A DNA stretch of 64,000 nucleotides from Isurus oxyrinchus (GCA_026770705.1 JANJGN010000100.1:992001-1056000), one strand, 5' to 3'. Counted from the first letter of the stretch, positions 25,880-39,860 are shown. Notes: a model not told the origin generated them from the letters alone. Numbers and translations: made by a program.

Positions 25880-28060
25880 GAAATAAAATCCCCTGAATGG
25901 AACAGTTGGTGTCTCAGAAGGTTGGGGGACTGGGTGAATTCCTTCTCGCAGACGGAGCAGAAGGTGACCTCGCTACGGTGTGGACTCACCAAAACATCTG
26001 CAGTTCGGACAGCGGCCTGAACCTATCTCAAGTTGGGCTTAAGCTGTATAACCTAACCTTGTCTGCAGCATGATCAGGACGATTGGACATTTCCCTCACG
26101 GGTGTTGAACCGAAAGTTCTAATTCACCAGTCTGCCCTCTGGACACTCTGCATTGCTTTTCATCTCCGCCCACAAAGCTTAACTGGAACAGTGGCACTCG
26201 ACAGTGTCGGCGAGTGGCACATTTTATACCCTGCAATGCATGATGAATTCTCAAGAGACTCGATTAGATTTTTGGAAATTAAAATGGAAAGCCAATCAAT
26301 TCAGAATGCGCCTGACACCAAAGGAAGTATTTTCGATTTATTGAAATGCATTGTAATCTATTGACAGGGTTAAAAGAGAAATAGAGGTATAGAAAATCGC
26401 AATTAAAGAATTCAGAATTGCATTTAAACATGGAATCCGATTTTACACATCTAGAAATATTCATTTTGTCTGATACAGTTCAATGAGGAGCACCAAAGTG
26501 AAATTGAAACTTCATCAAAATCACAATCACCCAGTCCCCTGCTGAGAAAGGGTGCTTCATGTTGTGATGGCAGGGGTTTTGTCGGTGTCCACAAAGGGGA
26601 GCCACAGGCATGGAAGTGGGAACGTGATCTTCTCAGGGCAATTTAAATAAGGCCTGCAATACGGGGGACCCGGGCAGTTAAGCCTCGCTTGTGGCTGGAA
26701 GTACCGTCGAAGGAAAGACACGGTCCATGTGTAATTGTAGCCAGCAGGACTTTCAAAGGCATCTGCCTTGACAAAACCGCCATTGATAGCATCATGGAGA
26801 GAGTATAGGAAGGATTGCGGCCTAGGCTCAATGATGCGCCCCAGTCATGCTCTAACAGGCCATCAGACTCAGAGGAAGTTCTGTTCGCTTGGAGGCAGCA
26901 GGAGGAGATTGCTTCGCCAAACTGAGCACTGTGGCGATAGCGGAAGATGTGAGAAGCTGTGTGCTGGTCCCAAGTACCGACTTGGCTGCAATGCTGAAAG
27001 AGTATCAATGGGCCGAAGCTTGCTGTCAAGGCAATTGAATAGTAATAAACATTCAACCATAAATCCGAGGAACAATGAAGGGGCTGTCCATCCAAATAAT
27101 TTCCAGATATCAACATCGGCTGCCAGAGGACTGTTAGCCTCTCTGTGAAAACCACCAGTGAGGCTTTGCTGATACTTGCACTGTGCTGAATATGGAAGTG
27201 CAGGAGACACGCCATTGGCACGATGATGGGAAGTTAGTTATCCACCATTTTGATGATTTAATTAGTTTCTGATGGGTGTTCACGAATGTGAGGCTTCATG
27301 CCTGCAGGAAAAGTTAGTTCAAAACAAAGAGGACACGGCAAGAACTGAATGTGGTGTGCTAGGCATGGCCACCCACAAAGCGGGGACAGAGAGGCTCTGG
27401 AACTGGAAGGCAAGGAAGCAGTTTGGATATTCACTCATGGTGGAGGCGGGTGTGAAACCGCTGATTAACGAATGCCCTAAAGGATGGAACACAACACATC
27501 ATGCCCACATGTGCTTGACTGGTCATATAGAGCACCAAATGATGAGTAGTCGGATGGAAATGTTGTTCTGTCATCTCTCTTCTTTCTCTTGGACAGCGTG
27601 AAAGAGAGCAGCCAGACTGCGTTGACTTGAAAACATTCCTCCAACACTGAGGAAGAGAAAAAGATTTCACAGTGTTCACGTCACATCACCCCACTGCCAT
27701 CCAGCAGATCAGGTAATCTCAGTTTGCTGGTGGGTGGAATGACAGCAGTAATAGGTTCACAATCCCGAGAGCCAAGGGCAGACTCACTCAAGCACTGGGA
27801 GGGGCAGTGACAGTTGAGGCAACTCAACTCGGAAGGCTTCTGGCTTCAGCTCAGCTTCAGACTGAAGACATGTCTCTGGAGTCATCACCAAGGCCGCAGA
27901 TGCAGATGCTGCAATGGGAAGTGCAACAATACCTGGCACGAATACAAGAGGCCATGCACTCCTATTCGTGAACAATGGAAGAGCCAATGAAGGTGAAAAG
28001 CACAGCCAGAACGCTGGCATGATGGGAAAGTCAGAGATGGGCGGAATGTTGCCTTTGCCA
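25880..28060 (+). mobile_element. Decayed PIF/Harbinger-like element (Myb/SANT remnant; possible transposase traces ~25900-26200)
   Basis: 26870-27010 reads EEVLF..GGSRRR...WLQC*KSING, matching Harbinger Myb/SANT motifs and paralogous to 11930. Boundaries uncertain. Confidence 0.4.
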
Positions 28061-28184
28061 GCAATGCTCAAATCCCATAAAAAAATAATAAATAACACAA
28101 TAAACAAAAACAAACAAACAAACAAAGAGTCGTGCAGAAAGACAAAGAGACAATCAGCCAGGTATATAGCCAGGGTAATGGATG

Positions 28185-28390
28185 GGCAGACAAATGGGCA
28201 TGCAGACAGACAGATAGACAGATAGATGAACAAATAGATGGAGCGTTTGATAGATAGTGAGATAGATGGATAGATGGATTATTATATGTATATAGATTGA
28301 TTGATGGGTAGATAGTTGTCGAATACAGGGATGGACTGATTGACAGAAGGAAGGATCGAAGGACGGATGGATGAATGGACGGAAGATGCC
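28185..28390. repeat. (GATA)n/(GACA)n/(GGAT)n degenerate tetranucleotide repeat
   Basis: gatagacagatagatg...gatggatgaatggacgg runs. Confidence 0.85.
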
Positions 28391-28624
28391 CTCGAGGCTG
28401 ATGGGATGCACCAGGCCTGGGTAAGTACCAGTAAGAGAACAGGAAACTAACTGTGGTCATTTCTCTCACTCAATACCGCGGTGATGCTGTGTTCCTTATT
28501 CATTTCTATGTTGACACATTGGGAATGGATTTCAAACCGAGAGGACTTTGGATGTCTCGTCTTATGTGGCTTGGAGAAGGGGGTGAAATATTGGCAAATA
28601 ACGTAAAGATATAGCAGGATTTTC

Positions 28625-29542
28625 CTACTCTCCAATTTTAACTATTTTAACCAAAATGTTCACTGGATATTTCAGCCCATTCTTTAACTCGGTCCTGAAT
28701 TTACTCTGGGTCCCTGCATAAATAAACGGGTTGGTACAGGAGCTCAATAACTGAAGTATAAATCCTTTTTCCTCAAGAGTAAATGTTCCTTCAGTAGAAG
28801 CGGATCCTGAGAAATAGGTTACTTTCGCAATTTGGACATAGATGATAGATATAAATAAATAGCAAATATAACAAAATGAACCTTCCTGAGATGGCAAAGT
28901 GTAAAACAATTCACTTTCCCCGCTTCTCCATCACTGGGTCACTCTGATTTTCTCCATTGCCCTGGGTACAGAGTCTCCTGCGAGCACTATTGGCCGCTAG
29001 AATGTACCAGGCAGTCAGAGCATTGAGGGGTAAAATCAGAATGAATGGTAGACAAGGGGTTACAATGCAACAAATCCAGTCATTTGCGGCCCATGCTGCC
29101 GACTTGTAAAATATTGCTTTTACGCTGCAGAACCAGGGTATATTTTTAATTGTGTATCTCGGTCCATATATAAAATACAAGAATGCATTTTTTACACAGG
29201 TGAGTGCGGATACGATTCCAATGACCCATGCTACCATCCTCTCGTTGCAATTTTTAATTTTCAGCTCCCTGCCACAAATGGTCACAAATCGATCAAAGGT
29301 GATAGCGACCGTTAAACAGGCAGAATTGTCTGTAGCTGCAAAAATTAGTGCAGAACGGAGACTGCACATTGGTGTGATGGACAGGAAATTGAATAGGAAA
29401 TAAATCCCAGAAATTCGGTTTAATTTTACAGCCGTAACTATGACCAGGAGATCCATCACCGCCATGGACACCATGTAATATGTGATATATCCAGAGAGGC
29501 CGCATCTTCCTCGAGACAGGATCATGATCACTGCCAAGTTAG
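28625..29542 (-). pseudogene. GPR139-like GPCR copy C, exon 2 (nonsense + frameshift)
   Basis: Acceptor tattgcag at 29543; ANLAVIMILSRGRCGLS...MDLL...TFDRFVTIC...PCLPFILILPLN; TGA at 28913-28911 replaces Ser of RKSI; +1 frameshift ~28850; NPFIYAGTQSKFR; stop 28625. Confidence 0.92.
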
Positions 29543-31798
29543 CTGCAATAGAGAAAGGGAAAGAGAGAGAGAGACAATGTGTGTGAGTTAGATTGTGAAC
29601 AGGAAAATTACTTGCTCTTCTCCAAACAAAATCATCCATTTTGCAGTTGTGAGTGAAGCTTATAGCTTCGAGACTTGATACACAGTTGAAAATTATCTAT
29701 CATGCAGTGGACGATTATTTTGCGTTTGAAATAATCATTCTGTTTCAAAATAAGTTAAGCCAATGACTCTGGAATGAAAAATATTCTCATGAAGCTTAAC
29801 AGAGAATGGAAAGGAATTAAAAACTTATCGATATCAACACAAAATACTGGAACACGCAAAAATGAAAACACATCAGCGAAGAATAATAGGAACGATTGAA
29901 GTAGACAAATAAAGCAACCATCATTATGCGTGAAATCTAAGAAGAATGGATTATGTCTGACTGAGGATCAGAAGTTGGTCTTACAAATGAAATTCTGTAA
30001 GCTTATTCGCTGTTGAAAATGTCAGTAATGAACAGGGTAAAACATATTCTCAAACAGAACAAAGTGCATGGAACATTAACACTTCCGTATATGCTGTGCA
30101 CATTTTAAGTAGGATGCACAGTATGTCAGAACTCTTCACCTGATAATCACTTGGAATTTTGTTTGTCGATCTGAAGCAATGGAACCAATGGTAATTGACG
30201 AGGTCTCCTTTGGAGAAGTAACCTTCTACAATGTAACACTTCTCCTGTCCTGCACTCCACAGTCGGTATAAGGGCCATGTGTAGCCGAGAGTGGATATTT
30301 GAAATAAAAATATTGCATCTTGACTGAGAGGATACCACCACTTATGGATCCTCAATTAATGCTGAGAAATTGCGAGACATTGCCGCGTGCTAGGAACAGT
30401 AGGGAATCCCACACTCAGCAGTCATCAATTTAGAACGAACAGTAGTAGCGCATGTGGAAGAGGAGAGCCGGATGAATCAGTGAGTGTGATAGATTGAGAG
30501 CAGAAACATGATGCTCTTTGATTGAGGGACATATGCCAATTATTCATTAATGGACAAATCTTTACTTTGATTGTACACGTTTCAGCATTTCACTGCCCAA
30601 TAACTTCCCTTCAATGAAGTAATTCGGGAATTGGTTGAGTGATTGCCCTTCGCAGCGAGGAGGGAGATGGCCATCCCGTGCGAAGAAGGTGAATGTGGAG
30701 CCTTTTAACATCAGGAGGTTCTTGCGCCACAACTACCACATGCTTCCAGCTGACTAGGAGCCTCTCATGGGCTTAGCGGCTGTCTTGGACGTGTTGGAAG
30801 GAGTTGCAGCTTAATGCTTACCTATTTAGCAATGTTATGTCCACACCTCCCGAGATCATATGGCCCTGGGCTCGAATCCAGAATATCTTGCTCACAGACA
30901 GAGACACTACCTGCTGCATCACAACACCTCCCAGTCGGGTAATATTCACATCTCAATCAATGAACCACATGTGGGAATTATGCCCCCATTATCGAAGTCA
31001 ATAGATCTAAACACAGTGACCGCGCAATGATTATTCACCCAAAGTAACAGTGGCAACAACACAACTGAGTTGCACTTGCATTGTGATAACGGCATGTTAA
31101 TTCACTCACAATGTCGGTACCTCAACTGATCTACATTGCCACAGAGATGACACTGTAATACTCCTCCGTCTGTCACTGAGACAATGGCACATTTGAACTT
31201 CAAATACACTGTGATCACAGTTTGAAAATTTAGCCAAATGAACAGTACCAATGTCACAATTGAACACTCTTCGCACCAAAATAACTTCTTGGTAATCTCC
31301 CCCAAATTTTGTCAAAAATGTTATAGAATTGCCTTCATATTGTGATAGCAGTATATTAATTTAAGCACAGTAACAGTGCCAAAACCGCCATCCAATTGTA
31401 CCTACGTCGCGAGATGGTGAGATAGTTGGGACTGATGTGATGAAATTATGCTTAACACGAACAAATCAGTTAAAGGATTAAAAATATGCAGATAATGTAA
31501 AGAAACATTGCTGGGTTCATTAGCACTGTTGCAGAGGAGGCATTATAGCATTAATACTGCGAAATTATGCCAGTAAATTGAAAAAATTATAGCGTCAAAT
31601 TAAAAGATAATACCACTAAATTAGAGGAATGATAGCAGAACGGAAATTATGCCAGCTAATTGAAAAAAAAAACAGAAATTATATTCCATTAGATTGGAAA
31701 ATGACATCTGTAACGTGGAGATGCGCTACTGGTAAATGGGAGAGTCGATATAGCTAACCGATAATTCACACAGCTACTTACTAACTACAATACCTTAC

Positions 31799-31868
31799 CT
31801 GGAACCCCGATAGCTGCAATGGCGGGATAGTAAATGGCAAACAGCAGGCCTTTTGGTACTCCCTGCAT
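31799..31868 (-). pseudogene. GPR139-like GPCR copy C, coding exon 1
   Basis: MQGVPKGLLFAIYYPAIAAIGVP + G|GTAAGG donor at 31798. Confidence 0.9.
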
Positions 31869-31918
31869 TTCAATCAGAAGGTCTGAGCGCGTTCTGCACT
31901 GCATCAAAAATTGACAAA

Positions 31919-32002
31919 TTTATACCTGATATCAGGCACCAGGGAGATAATTAGATGGTTTAAAATAACCTTAATTTTGTAAGAAACAAATTAGTCCATC
32001 TG
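31919..32002 (-). promoter_or_regulatory. Proximal promoter of copy C
   Basis: TATAAA 31924-31919; TAATTATCTCCCTGGTG 31953-31937; TTAATT 31971-31976; E-box CATCTG 31997-32002. Confidence 0.7.
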
Positions 32003-32129
32003 CTGCTGGGACTGGTCTTTGTTTTACTGCAATTGAATGGAAGATTTTTCATGGAATCTGACACGGATCTAAAGTGAAATGTACAAGATGATCACAGTTA
32101 TATGTCTGCATTAAAACAAAAATAGGCAG

Positions 32130-32420
32130 GCATGCATTTTGGCCAGATCAGCCAATTTCACTAGTGACAGGCCGATTTCATCCTGATTGCATTCCATCTG
32201 CAGTTCAGCACAGTTATATTCGGTATCCATATATCATGTTCATCGTGTGCAAATTCAGCATTAATTGGCCAAGCGCAGCAGGGTCACATCCTGTGTGTGT
32301 GGAAATTCAGTTGATCATGGTTCCATTCAGTATGAACGCGAAGTACTCCAAATCCCATACAGTGTTGGACATTCAGCATGTCAAAGCTACCCTTTTTCGA
32401 TCGTAAAGCATTCAGGCAGT
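32130..32420. repeat. Degenerate 35-bp minisatellite upstream of copy C (truncated by CR1)
   Basis: cagttcagcacagttatattcggt, ttccattcagtatgaac, cagtgttggacattcagcatg. Confidence 0.55.
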
Positions 32421-32429
32421 AACGATTCC

Positions 32430-35400
32430 ATGCTGGGAGATTCGAAATCCGATCTCCCCCTTAACTGGTGTAGGTGCTAACCACGATAATAACGTGGAAC
32501 TAACTAGGTTATCCAACCAACCGATGTTATGCCTCTAGTATGTGAGCGAAGGGAGTTGACATGTCTTTTGCTTCTGTATACTGATTTGTTCATCATTTTC
32601 AAGCCAGCCAAATGTACAAGTCTCTGCCTGTTAGTACACAACCTGTCAATTGACAAATCCTTCCTGTTGCTGCTCGTAACGACACATGGGAACTTGTGGC
32701 CCATGGCTAAAGGGTCGGAGGAATTTGAAGGAGATATGACTCTAGGATGGCATGTTACTTCCCTGGTGCCAGGATCAAGGATATCTCAGATTGGCTGTAA
32801 GACATTCTTCGGCGGGAGATTGGTAGGGGAGGGGTGGTGGAGAGGGGGGAGGGGTGGTGCTGTGGTGACAGAGGCCCTGGTCCACATTGGTACCAATTGC
32901 TTAGGTAGGAAGGGGATGTGGTCCATCAATCAGAATTAAGGGAGATAGGTAGAAAATTAGCAAACAGGACTTCAAATGTACTAATCTCTGCATTACTCCC
33001 AGTGGCCCATGTCTCTGAGCACAGAAATAGGAGGATAGGGTACATGAATATATGGCTGGAAAGATGGTGCAGGAGGGAAGGCTTTCGAATGTTGGGCACT
33101 GGGGCTGGCTCTCGGGGCGATCGATCTGTAGAAGCTGCACAGGTAACATCTGTACAGAATTGGGACTGAGTTCCATCCGGGGCGTTTCGCTAGTGCAGCT
33201 CGGACTGTGCAGGAACCAGGAGAGGATTTTAGAGAGGTACACAAAATACTGGGAAGGATCGTTAGTTCTAGAATGGAGAATAGTAAGTTAATGGGTGGAT
33301 TTGGGATGAGGGAGAAAGTAAAATTTAAATCAGGGTTACTATGCTTTTATGTGAATACACAGAGCATAGTAAATAAAACTGAGGAGTTTCAGGTGTAAAC
33401 CGCCATGTGGAAAAACAATGTCGTGGCGATAACAAAGAACTTGCTCAAGGAAGAGCAGAACAAGGTGCTAAATATTCCCAGGTAGAAGGTGTTCAGAAAA
33501 GATAGGAATGAAAGAAACGAGGAGGGACGGTGGCATTGGTTAAGGAGGGAATTGCAGTACCAGAGAAAGAGGGTGACCCAGAGGGTTCAAGAACTGAATC
33601 AAGTTGGCTAGAGCTAAGGAAGAATTACATTGCTCGTTCTGGTCTTTCTACTGCTAACTACTGGGAAGGATGTAGAAGAATAAACCTGCTGGAACATTGC
33701 AGGGAAATACAAGCATGAAAGAGCAGTTATAGTGGGGGACTTTAATTATCACGTATGAAGATGTTGGGAGAATGGATGTGTAAAGGGTGGAGAGGGGGAT
33801 AAGTTCTTATATTATGTTCAGATTTTTTTTCCAGAGCAATTAGTATCCAATCCATCAACAAAAAGATGCAACGTTGGACCTGGTTCTGGACCTGGAAATG
33901 AAGTTTTCCAAGTTGATCAAGTGTCAGTTGGGAAATATTTAGAAGAGAGTGACCATTGTATTGTACACTTTAGGATAATTTTAGACACGACTGATAGGTA
34001 ATTCAGAGTAAGAATAATTAACTTGACAACAGCCAACATCAATGCAGCAAGAATAGACATGAGCCGGATAGACTGGAATGAAAGATTGACGGGAATATCT
34101 GTAGCTGAACAATGGATTACCTTAAAAAACGAATTGCTTCGTGCACAGTCATGGTACATTCCATCGAAAGAGAAAGGTGGACAAAACAAATCCAGATTTC
34201 CCTGGGTGAGAAAGGAGATAGAATTTAAGATAAAGAAGAAAAGATGTGCTTGTGACAGGTGCCAGGCAAAAATTACAATTGAGAACCAAGAGGAATACAG
34301 AAGGTTCAGAGGGGAGGTGATAAATGGATATTAGAGAAGGGAACATGGATTATGAAAAACGACTGTCAGCGAACCTAAAGGGGAATCCCAAAGTCATAAG
34401 AATAGTAGAAGGGTTGTGAAGGGAGGAGTATAAGTAATTAGTAAAAGATAATTTACACTTGGACGAAGGGGCTATTGCTGAGGTACTAAATGAATACATT
34501 GTATCCATCTTTACCAAGGAGGTAGATGCTACCCAGGTCATGGTGACAGAAGAGGAAACTCTGTCACTAGACTAGTAGGGTTCAAAGTTGATAAGGAGGA
34601 GATGTTGAATAGACTGTCAGTACATAAAGTTGACAAGAGACTGGACCAGACATGGTACATCCAAGGATATTGAAGGAAGTGAGGGTAGAAATTGCAGGGG
34701 CATTTTCAATACATTTTCAATCCTTCTGGGACTCAGCGGAAGCGCCAGGGGACTGCAAAATTGCCAACATTACGCTCTGTTTCAAACAGTTTTCAGGATA
34801 AGCCCAACAATTACAGACCAGTCAGTTTAACTTTAGTGGTGTGCAAGATTTTAGAAACAATTATTCGTGATAGAATTAGTAGTTACTTGGAAAGATGTGG
34901 ATTGGCAAAGAAGAACAATATGTATTTCTAAAGGGAAATTCGCATTTAACTAACTTGCTGGAGTTTCCTAAAGAGCTAACAGAAATAGTCAAAGAGGGTA
35001 AAACTATTGATTTGGTGAACATGGGCTTTGAAAAGTTATTTGATGCAGTACCACACAACTGACTTGTGACAAAAGTTATTGCTCATTGAATAAAAAGAAC
35101 CGTGGCAACATGAATACAAAATCTGATGCAAAGTAAGAAACAGAGCTTAATGGTCAATGGATACTTTTCGGGCTGTGGGATGGTTCTTAGTAGAGTCCTC
35201 AGCGGTCGGACTTGGAGCTCTTGTTTTTCCTGATATATATTAATGATCTCGATCTTGGTTGTAGGTGAGAATTTCAAAGTTGGTGGATGATATGACGCGT
35301 GGGAATGTCGCAAACTGCGAGGAGAGTGTAGGTCTTCAGAAGGTCAAAGACAAGTTGGTGGAGTGGGCAGGCAGGTGGCAGATGAAATCCAATATGGAGA

Positions 35401-36200
35401 AGTGTGAGGTGACGCGTTTTAGTCGGAGGAAAATGGACAGGCAATGTAAAATAAGGGGTGAAATTTTGAAGGAAGTGCAGGGATCAGAACGAACTGCATG
35501 TATATGCACTTAGTTCATTGAAGGTGGCAGGACAGGGAGAGGGAGCAGACAACGAAGTGCACAATTACCTGGGCTTTATTACCAAGATCATATAGTACAA
35601 TAGCAGGGAGGATATGCTGAATTTATGCAAGACACTCGTTAGATCTCAGCTGGGGTATTGTGCACAGTTGTGGGCGCGACATTGTAGGGAGGATGTGAAT
35701 GCATTGGAGACGTTGCAGAAGAAGTTCACAGGAAAATTCCCAGGGATGAGAAACTTCAGCTGTGAGGATATATTGGAGAGGTTGCTACTCTTCTCCTTGG
35801 AAGGCAGAAGACTAAGAGAAGATTTGATAGAAGTTTTCAAAATGATGAGGGAAGTGGACAAAGTAGACGGGGAGAAGCTGCTCCCACTCGTAAAAGGTGC
35901 AAGAATGAGAGGGCAGAGATTTAAAGTGATTTGCAAAATAAGTAAATGTGACTCGAGAAAACCTTTATCATACAATGAGTATTTCAGGTCTCGAATGCAC
36001 TGCCTGGAACTGTGATCGACGCAGGTTCAATCAAAACATTTAAGAGGGCGTTAGATGATTATTTAAGTAGAAAAAATGTGCAGGGGTGCAGGGCAAAGGC
36101 AGAACAATAACACTAGGCCATAATGCTAATTTGGAGAGCCAGTGCAGACACAATGGGCCGAATGGACTTCTTCAGCGCCATTAGATGTAGTGATTCTGTG
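32430..36200 (+). mobile_element. Near full-length decayed CR1 LINE (ORF1 esterase, ORF2 endonuclease + RT)
   Basis: ORF1 SGNH-esterase motifs (PGARI-like, VHIGTN, MNIWLERWCRREGFR); ORF2 YVNTQSIVNK, GDFN, NYRPVSLTLVVCKILE, KLVDD, LCKTLVRSQLGYCAQLW; 3' tail gtgattctgtgat. Many stops and frameshifts. Confidence 0.92.
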
Positions 36201-37539
36201 ATATACGGTGCGCAGGTGGACAGGTCCTGTCAATCATGAACTGAGCTCCCAGCTTTGGGCATAAAAAGCAACTGCGTGCGGGTACCTCGGGAGAGTTAAA
36301 GGCTAATGGAGTACAGACTGACCAAGTAAATGTTGAGTTGAGCCCAAAGCAAAACCGATTTCGAAACATGACACCTGTCCGGAAACTCCACCATATTGAT
36401 GTGAAACAGAGTGCTTTGCATTACTTTTCATTCAACTGCAGAGGACAAGAATGCCGTGATGTTTGGCCACCCCAGGGTATCTATGCATTTGGACCAATAC
36501 TACGTCATAGGGCCTGCACACCAGCTTTAGTACAGAGCTTGAACACAGCAGGGGATGGAGAAGGAAAAGCTCAAATCTGTTGAGGTAGAGGATGAGTGCT
36601 TTGTGTTTTGTTCGAGATATGCGGGGGGGAGCTGCATTTGTTCTCAATGTGGTGCCGGCGCAGTTGCTCTGGGTTACTCCGTGACGTCATTGCGAGCGAC
36701 TGGCGATGCAGCAGCCAGGAGCAGAGATGCTTATGAAACAGTTATTGAAGCCATCTTGCCCTCAATTTGAATATGTATTTTGAGCCAATGCAGACGCTGG
36801 AAGAAAACAACAGCCAATATCCCCTCTCCAAAGGAGTTTAAAAAAAACTCAAATTGCGCCCAACATCATTTGCCCACATCCTACACATTGTTATCCCTGG
36901 CATTTAAACTGATCTTCAGCACCTTTTCTGCTCCTGAAATCGATGTGTGCTGTCCCATAATTTTGAAAATGCAACAATTATTGCAGACAAAACTGGAAAG
37001 GCAGCTATTCTTTCAATCGATGATCAAAATTGTTGCATTGACAGTATTGTTTTTGTGGCAAGGAAATCAACTTTATTCTCCTCTGTAGTGTTACAACGTT
37101 GTGGGTCATTGCCAATCAAACCTTACATTCATTGACAAGTCTGGAACATCAGAAATGAAACAATTTCACTTTTTTTCAGTTAAATGGAAACTCGTGAGCC
37201 TAATTTTTTCTGAATAATTATAGCGGAATCGATAAAATCAACTTCTTTCAGATTTGAAAACAATTTTAGCTTTTGAATTCAAATTGTTTGGTTTGAAAAT
37301 AGAAAATAAATCACCCAGCAGTGCATCTTGCCTGGACTGTTTATTTAAACGAGAAGTCCTGCCCCAGCCACCTCCACAGAATTGTTTCTTTGAGAAACGT
37401 ATTTTACTGGCACCGGGTCTCTGTCCAATGGCGTCACTGGTTGCCTGTTCCTGTACGGACAGGTGTGCATGCGCAGACGTGTTCCGGCGGTCATGTTGCA
37501 CGGCCCCTCTGGCAATTGGCATAGTCATTTTGTTTAGTT

Positions 37540-39050
37540 CTTTCTAATGTCAACTCACACTCTATTGTCATTTCTTTCTGTATCAGTCTTACTTTCTCTT
37601 TACTTCACGACTGAACTTATTGTCTTTGGCTTGTTCTTCACTTGAGTATTTCAGCTCACATGCCAAATTAATTTTCTATTTTCTCTCCATTTTCATTCTC
37701 CATCGCATTTGTCATATTCGGAGATCTGTCTTACACACTTGCTGGAATGGGCCAAACCTGTGCTGAGACGTCTCTTCCTGAAAGGTAGCCATTAGAGTTC
37801 CCTCATCAAACTTTTGGTGTGTTTTCGATTTTCTAGATCCCTTTTCTCACAATGAATTTAGCTGTCTCATAATTTAAAGCAGTTGCCTTAATTGCTCTGT
37901 GCGCTCCTCTCTTAATAATCTGAACATTGTCAATGATGATCGCTCTTGCTCAAAAGCTCCCTCTAATATTATTTGGTTCACTTAGGCCCACTTGATTCCT
38001 CAGTGCCTGGTCAACCAAAGTTCCTTCCTAGTTGGGCGGAGAACATACTGGTCAAGGAGGTTCCCGTGAACAAATTGTAGAAATTCTTCCCCTTATCCAT
38101 TGTTTTATCGTGATTGAAAACGACATTTTGGTAGTTACATTTCGTCAATATCAGCACTGTATAGGTATTGACTATGATTTGCACCATATTACAATTAACT
38201 CTGTGAATTCCTGGCATCAAGACTTCCCACCCTCTCTCTCTCTCCAAACCTCTATCTCACTGTCACTATCTTTAGACCTATAACACAAACCCAGGAGTGA
38301 GATTATACCCACTTAGCCTCTGATATCTGACCTGATGCATTATATTTTTGTCGCCTTAAGAACATTCTTTCTTTCCAAATCATCAACGTCTTCTCCTAAC
38401 AGTATTGCCAGCAACATTCCTTTTTGGAAGTCTGTATTTTCAGAACATTTTCAGTGTTGAATAATAAGTTTCCACTCCTCAGAATATTTTAGCCATGCTT
38501 GCATTATTGTCGCTGCAGCATAATACCTTTTCACTGTTTGTCCTTGTAATTTACAAATATGGCTGTTCGTGTTTGTAACTCAGCAAGATTATTCACCCAG
38601 AATTGTGCAATGGCAGGCATGCGTTCTAAACTTTTACTTGTATTTTGCGTAGTCCTTCTTTCCCTTCTCCGATCTAAGGTGGTATTATTTCCTTCGCCTG
38701 TCCAATGAAATGGCAACATGCATGGTGCTATTTGTCAATCTTGAATTCGATATGATGGTGGCCATTCCTTAATAATTTAGTTTAAATCCTCCCCAACTAA
38801 AACAGTGAACTTTCGGACGAGTACATGAGCCCAGGTTCTGTTGAGGGGCAACCCGTCCATTTTGTATTGGTGCTTCTTGCTTCAGAATTAGGCGCAAGGC
38901 CAGAAGAATTGTAGCCGTGTCCCATTCCTGAAGCCATGCATTAAACGTTGACTCAATCGTATTTCGACCCACGCTAATAAGTGGCACTGCGGGAAATCCA
39001 AAGATTATCAGCTTCCAGATCCGAATTTCCAACGTTGAACTTCATTCTGG
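37540..39050 (-). mobile_element. Old CR1 LINE fragments
   Basis: Antisense CR1 ORF1/ORF2-like wording (aatccagagattat-like, cccccaac, ttcctttttgg). Highly decayed. Confidence 0.45.
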
Positions 39051-39354
39051 AAATCAATTCAGGTCTTTGAGAAAAACCTCCAATTCGAACTGTATGACCT
39101 CATTGTCAAATCCGTGACAATGGATTGGAATTAATTTATTCAGAAGTTCAAAATTCAATTTTGGTTTATGCTGTGGCATTTTTGCATACCCGGCTAAATC
39201 AGCAGATCAGCTGCACACCAGTTAGCCTTTAGGTAGCACTCGTTGTAGGGAAACTGATATCCTGAAGGAAACTCAACTCGCAAGAAGGAAATATATTGCA
39301 TTTCTAATTTGAATTAAAACCATTTGACCGACATCTGGTTGAGTCATACAAACT

Positions 39355-39860
39355 TATGCACATCCGAATTAAGAACAGGGATAGGCCACTCGGCTCCTCG
39401 GTCCAGCTCCGCCATTCAATAAGATCATTGCTGATCCGACTGCAGCATAAGATAAAAGGAAAGTGCTGAGGATGCTAGAAACCCGAGGCGCTGAGATTTT
39501 CCAGCATTTTCTGTTTTTTTTTTCTGTCTGTGGCCTAACGGCGGTGACCTCTCACCCCCTTACTCAACAAGAAAATATCTATCTACGCCTTGAAGCATTT
39601 GAAAGACTCTGTTTCCATCATCTTTGGAGGAAAATGGTTCCAGAGACTCACAATCATCTGAGAGAAAAAAACATTCTCCTCATCTCTCTCTGAAATGGGT
39701 GACTGCCTGATTTAAAATAGTGGCCCCATGGTCAAGATTCTCCCACAAGCTTACCATGTACAAGTATACTCCTCAGAATCTTATATGTTTTAATCAATTA
39801 CCTCTTACTCTTCCAAACTTCAGCGGATACAAGTCAAGTCTGTCCAAACTTTCCTCACAA
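39355..39860 (-). mobile_element. CR1 3' end interrupted by a Penelope-like fragment
   Basis: ataggccactcggctcctcggtccagctccgccattcaataagatcattgctgatc; Penelope-like gctgagattttccagcattttctg at ~39490. Confidence 0.7.

Noticed and set aside
27784-28469. Overlapping hydrophobic ORFs
   Set aside because: Derived from (AAAC)n and (GATA)n low-complexity sequence; no family motif.
28911-29639. 242-aa ORF as a single-exon gene starting at 29639 (likewise 41113-41865 and 58673-58921)
   Set aside because: The N-terminal parts run through intronic polypyrimidine tracts; the real starts are the 70-nt exons 2-4.6 kb upstream.
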